A stretch of DNA of 19,311 bases, taken from Armatimonadota bacterium. GTDB lineage: Bacteria; Armatimonadota; UBA5829; DTLH01. The notes beneath the pieces were generated by a model that saw nothing but the letters and a program-made list of their open reading frames with translations, did no database searches and had not been told where the DNA came from. The DNA is taken from the NCBI GenBank assembly GCA_039680575.1, contig JBDKSP010000117.1, positions 1 to 19,311 on the forward strand, written 5' to 3'. Both the position numbers and the translations under genes were made by a program. How positions within the stretch are numbered: position 1 is the first letter of the stretch; every line of letters starts with the position of its first letter. This document shows positions 17,120-19,311 of the stretch, one piece after another.

Positions 17120-17566
17120 ATGGCACAAGGCAGTAGAACCGTTACTGAAGTCAGCATAACGAGCAATCCGGATTATCTCGTGCGGCTCAGGCGAATAATA
17201 GGCTGCCTGGCTGATTGCGCGGGTATGGACGCGAAAGAAGCTCATGACGCAAAGCTCGCCATCACCGAAGCATGCGCCAACGCCATTCGTCATGGGTCCC
17301 CCCAGGGTCCGGATGACAAGGTCAACATCAAGTTCTCGCACATGGGCGGGACAGTCATCACCGAAGTAACGGACCACGGCTCGGGATTCGACCCGGAAGA
17401 AATCCACCCAAGACCGATAGCACAGCCCGGTGGGCTGGGAATTCCTCTTATGAAAGCCCTTACCGATGAGATCGAGTTCCTGAAAAACGGTAAAGGTATG
17501 ACCGTCAGACTGGTCAAACGCGCAAGCACCCCCCGCCGCGGGCACTATTCGCGCATCGTTCGCTGA
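17120..17566 (+). CDS. RsbW/SpoIIAB-like anti-sigma factor Ser/Thr kinase (HATPase_c)
   Basis: N-box KLAITEACANAIRHG, G1 VTDHGSGFD, G2 GGLGIPLMKALTD. GGGGAG RBS. Confidence 0.9.
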   Translation: MAQGSRTVTEVSITSNPDYLVRLRRIIGCLADCAGMDAKEAHDAKLAITEACANAIRHGSPQGPDDKVNIKFSHMGGTVITEVTDHGSGFDPEEIHPRPIAQPGGLGIPLMKALTDEIEFLKNGKGMTVRLVKRASTPRRGHYSRIVR

Positions 17567-17631
17567 GCATTTTCAGCCAAAATCCGCATTGTCCGTTGAG
17601 CGCGCTTTCGCCTCGTATGGCGTTTAGGATC

Positions 17632-17647
17632 ATACCCCCTGGGGTAT
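17632..17647. promoter_or_regulatory. Palindromic operator of CsoR/RcnR/CstR-like architecture
   Basis: ATACCCC-CT-GGGGTAT: C and G tracts flanked by ATAC/GTAT. Confidence 0.55.
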
Positions 17648-17723
17648 ATAGCTGACAAAGAATACTCGCTGGTATCTTTCATTACGAGGCGCTGGTGGTC
17701 GATCCCACCCAAGCCCTCTTAAT

Positions 17724-17784
17724 GAGTTTTGGCTGAAACGATATTTCTTATTCGTTGCATCAACTGCCAAAACTCTGTAGGTGG
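17724..17784 (+). repeat. Intergenic inverted-repeat element with hybrid arms
   Basis: GAGTTTTGGC-N32-GCCAAAACTC. The stretch AAACTCTGTAGGTGG (17770-17784) is identical to 19289-19303. Confidence 0.8.
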
Positions 17785-17812
17785 AGGCAGCGCCGGAAAT
17801 GCGAGGGTTCAA

Positions 17813-18004
17813 ATGAAATGCAGTAAATGCGGCGGAGAGATCAAGAACCTGCCGGAATATATAGAAGATACAGATGCAAAGTTACTCTGCAGTGTGTGTG
17901 CCGGGACCGCTGAACGAACGGATGATGCAGTGGTATTGTTCGACGGATTCCGTTATAAGACTTCCTTCTCCAATTCGAACACCGAGTTGGATATAGCTGC
18001 TTAA
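17813..18004 (+). CDS. Small CxxC-x18-CxxC putative zinc-binding protein (63 aa)
   Basis: MKCSKCG...LLCSVCA. GAGGG RBS before ATG 17813 and a terminator right after the stop. Confidence 0.7.
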   Translation: MKCSKCGGEIKNLPEYIEDTDAKLLCSVCAGTAERTDDAVVLFDGFRYKTSFSNSNTELDIAA

Positions 18005-18010
18005 ACTCAT

Positions 18011-18041
18011 ACCGGCCTGCCCGAAAAAGCAGGCCGGTTTT
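18011..18041 (+). terminator. Rho-independent terminator
   Basis: ACCGGCCTGC-N8-GCAGGCCGGT followed by TTT. Confidence 0.75.
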
Positions 18042-18141
18042 CGATTACCTCACATCTCCCAAGCCCGACTTGTTTAGCATCCATCCATCGGATGGTACAA
18101 AAGGCAAAGATAATATACCGGGCTTAAAGGGAGTGAGCGAT

Positions 18142-19128
18142 ATGAAGATTCCTTACAAGGGGCTCGCAATAATTGGCGCTGCAGCCGCAGGCACTGCTGT
18201 CGCAAATTCAATCGTCTCCAACCGGGCGGGGTCTTTGGAGAACTCTATCGGAGGACACGAGCGAACATACCGATGGCGGATGGGGGACATATTCTATACA
18301 GTTTCCGGTGAGGGAGAACCTCTCCTCCTCGTGCATGGCATCGGAGCCGGTGCGTCGAGCTTCGAGTGGAGGAAAAATTTCCTGCCGCTTTCCAAAGACT
18401 TCACTGTCTATGCACTGGACATGCTCGGTTTCGGGATGTCCGACAGGCCTAATATTCCTTACCGCTCCGAGGTATACACTCAACTGATACTCGACTTCAT
18501 AATGGATGTGATCGGCAGGCCGACGGATATTGCGGCAAGCTCGCATGGCGCCGCATATTCAGTCCTCGCGGCAAACAGCCACAGGCTGATGATAAAACGG
18601 CTGCTGCTTTCCTGCCCGACGGGAATAGGAGTTGCCGACCGCAAGGTACCGTTCTCCCTGGCGCTCAGCACGGGACTCAATATACCCGTATTCGGTAAGT
18701 CGGTATATTTAGGGCTGACTTCGATCAATGGGATCGAATATTATCTCAAAACACAGATCTACGCCGATCCCGACAATGCGACACCGGAGGTAATTGGACA
18801 TTATTATAAATCGTCGCACCAGCCGGGAGCGGAACGCCCGATCCGCGCCTTTATATCAGGAGCGCTCAACACGAACATACATGACCGGTTCTCAGCCTTA
18901 ACCCAACCTGTCGCTCTTGTTTGGGGGAAGCAGGCAAAAATCACCCCTGTCGATGTCGCCGAGCGCTTCACAAAAGCCAACCCGCAGGCATCACTGCATG
19001 TCTTCGACCAGGCCGCTCAGCTTCCGCATGAGGAAAAAGCCGACGAATATAACCAGCTAGCCCGTGACGTATTCAGCAGTCCGCCTGAAGGAGTTACAAC
19101 TCCGCCGCATGCGCACACTGCGCCCTAA
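18142..19128 (+). CDS. Alpha/beta-hydrolase fold protein with an N-terminal hydrophobic segment
   Basis: LLLVHGIG, YALDMLGFGMSDRP, elbow AASSHG, LVWG and LPHEE. AAGGGAG RBS before ATG 18142. Confidence 0.88.
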   Translation: MKIPYKGLAIIGAAAAGTAVANSIVSNRAGSLENSIGGHERTYRWRMGDIFYTVSGEGEPLLLVHGIGAGASSFEWRKNFLPLSKDFTVYALDMLGFGMSDRPNIPYRSEVYTQLILDFIMDVIGRPTDIAASSHGAAYSVLAANSHRLMIKRLLLSCPTGIGVADRKVPFSLALSTGLNIPVFGKSVYLGLTSINGIEYYLKTQIYADPDNATPEVIGHYYKSSHQPGAERPIRAFISGALNTNIHDRFSALTQPVALVWGKQAKITPVDVAERFTKANPQASLHVFDQAAQLPHEEKADEYNQLARDVFSSPPEGVTTPPHAHTAP

Positions 19129-19134
19129 AGAGTT

Positions 19135-19303
19135 TTATAGATTTTCGGCTGATTAATTAACGGCCAATCATATATTGGCTGTTGCCGAAAATCTTCCGGA
19201 AGAGTTTCAGGTATAAGTGTAAAATCAACAGATAAAGCTACATCAGAGAACTGTTTATATAGCTGTAAGGCTGTTACTTTATCTCCTGAAACTCTGTAGG
19301 TGG
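19135..19303 (+). repeat. Composite inverted-repeat element: full type 1 plus full type 2
   Basis: AGATTTTCGGC-N34-GCCGAAAATCT, linker TCCGGA, AGAGTTTCAG-N75-CTGAAACTCT, then GTAGGTGG. Confidence 0.88.
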
Positions 19304-19311
19304 TATCTGAA

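Noticed and set aside
16970..17545. 191-aa ORF antisense to the RsbW-like gene
   Set aside because: Shadow frame; the plus-strand gene has a promoter, RBS and kinase motifs.
17569..17590. ATTTTCAGCCAAAATCCGCATT as a collapsed type-1 repeat
   Set aside because: Suggestive but too short and imperfect to count.
17729..17812. N-terminal extension of the zinc-finger ORF containing an extra CINC
   Set aside because: It runs through the repeat element, and ATG 17813 has the better RBS.
17641..18041. tmRNA gene suggested by the ssrA-like peptide end
   Set aside because: No tRNA-like acceptor stem or T-arm and no CCA end. The ORF has its own ATG, RBS and terminator.
5384..19303. Repeat family as a CRISPR array or integron attC sites
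   Set aside because: Copies are dispersed rather than tandem and lack RYYYAAC/GTTRRRY boxes. No cas or intI gene is present, and the flanking genes lie in mixed orientations.

Overview
Bacterial chromosomal window of mostly housekeeping and accessory genes. The gene set suggests Armatimonadota (inference from the stand-alone LuxR-HTH protein and the pilin types; not verified). In order: 5'-truncated ADP-forming acyl-CoA synthetase with its ATP-grasp domain first, an EEP phosphoesterase, a PilV/PilW/PilX-like minor pilin operon divergent from lexA, lexA plus a small membrane protein, a LuxR-HTH-only regulator, an orphan porD, an AT-rich membrane protein, gyrA, a membrane-anchored metallophosphoesterase, a secreted repeat protein, a GT-C glycosyltransferase, an RsbW-like kinase, a small CxxC/CxxC protein and an alpha/beta-hydrolase. 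I saw no transposase, integrase, tRNA, rRNA or CRISPR array. The most notable signals are non-coding. (1) A dispersed intergenic family of inverted-repeat elements (arms AGAKTTTYRG...CYRAAAMTCT, often followed by RTAR) occurs at about six loci, with compensatory arm changes, head-to-head composites joined by TCCGGA, and long versus collapsed interiors. (2) A perfect palindrome ATTGGTGTAA-N4-TTACACCAAT overlaps the lexA promoter and is a candidate new SOS box. (3) gyrA has a hairpin-dense leader of about 230 nt. (4) A CsoR/CstR-style operator lies upstream of the small cysteine protein.
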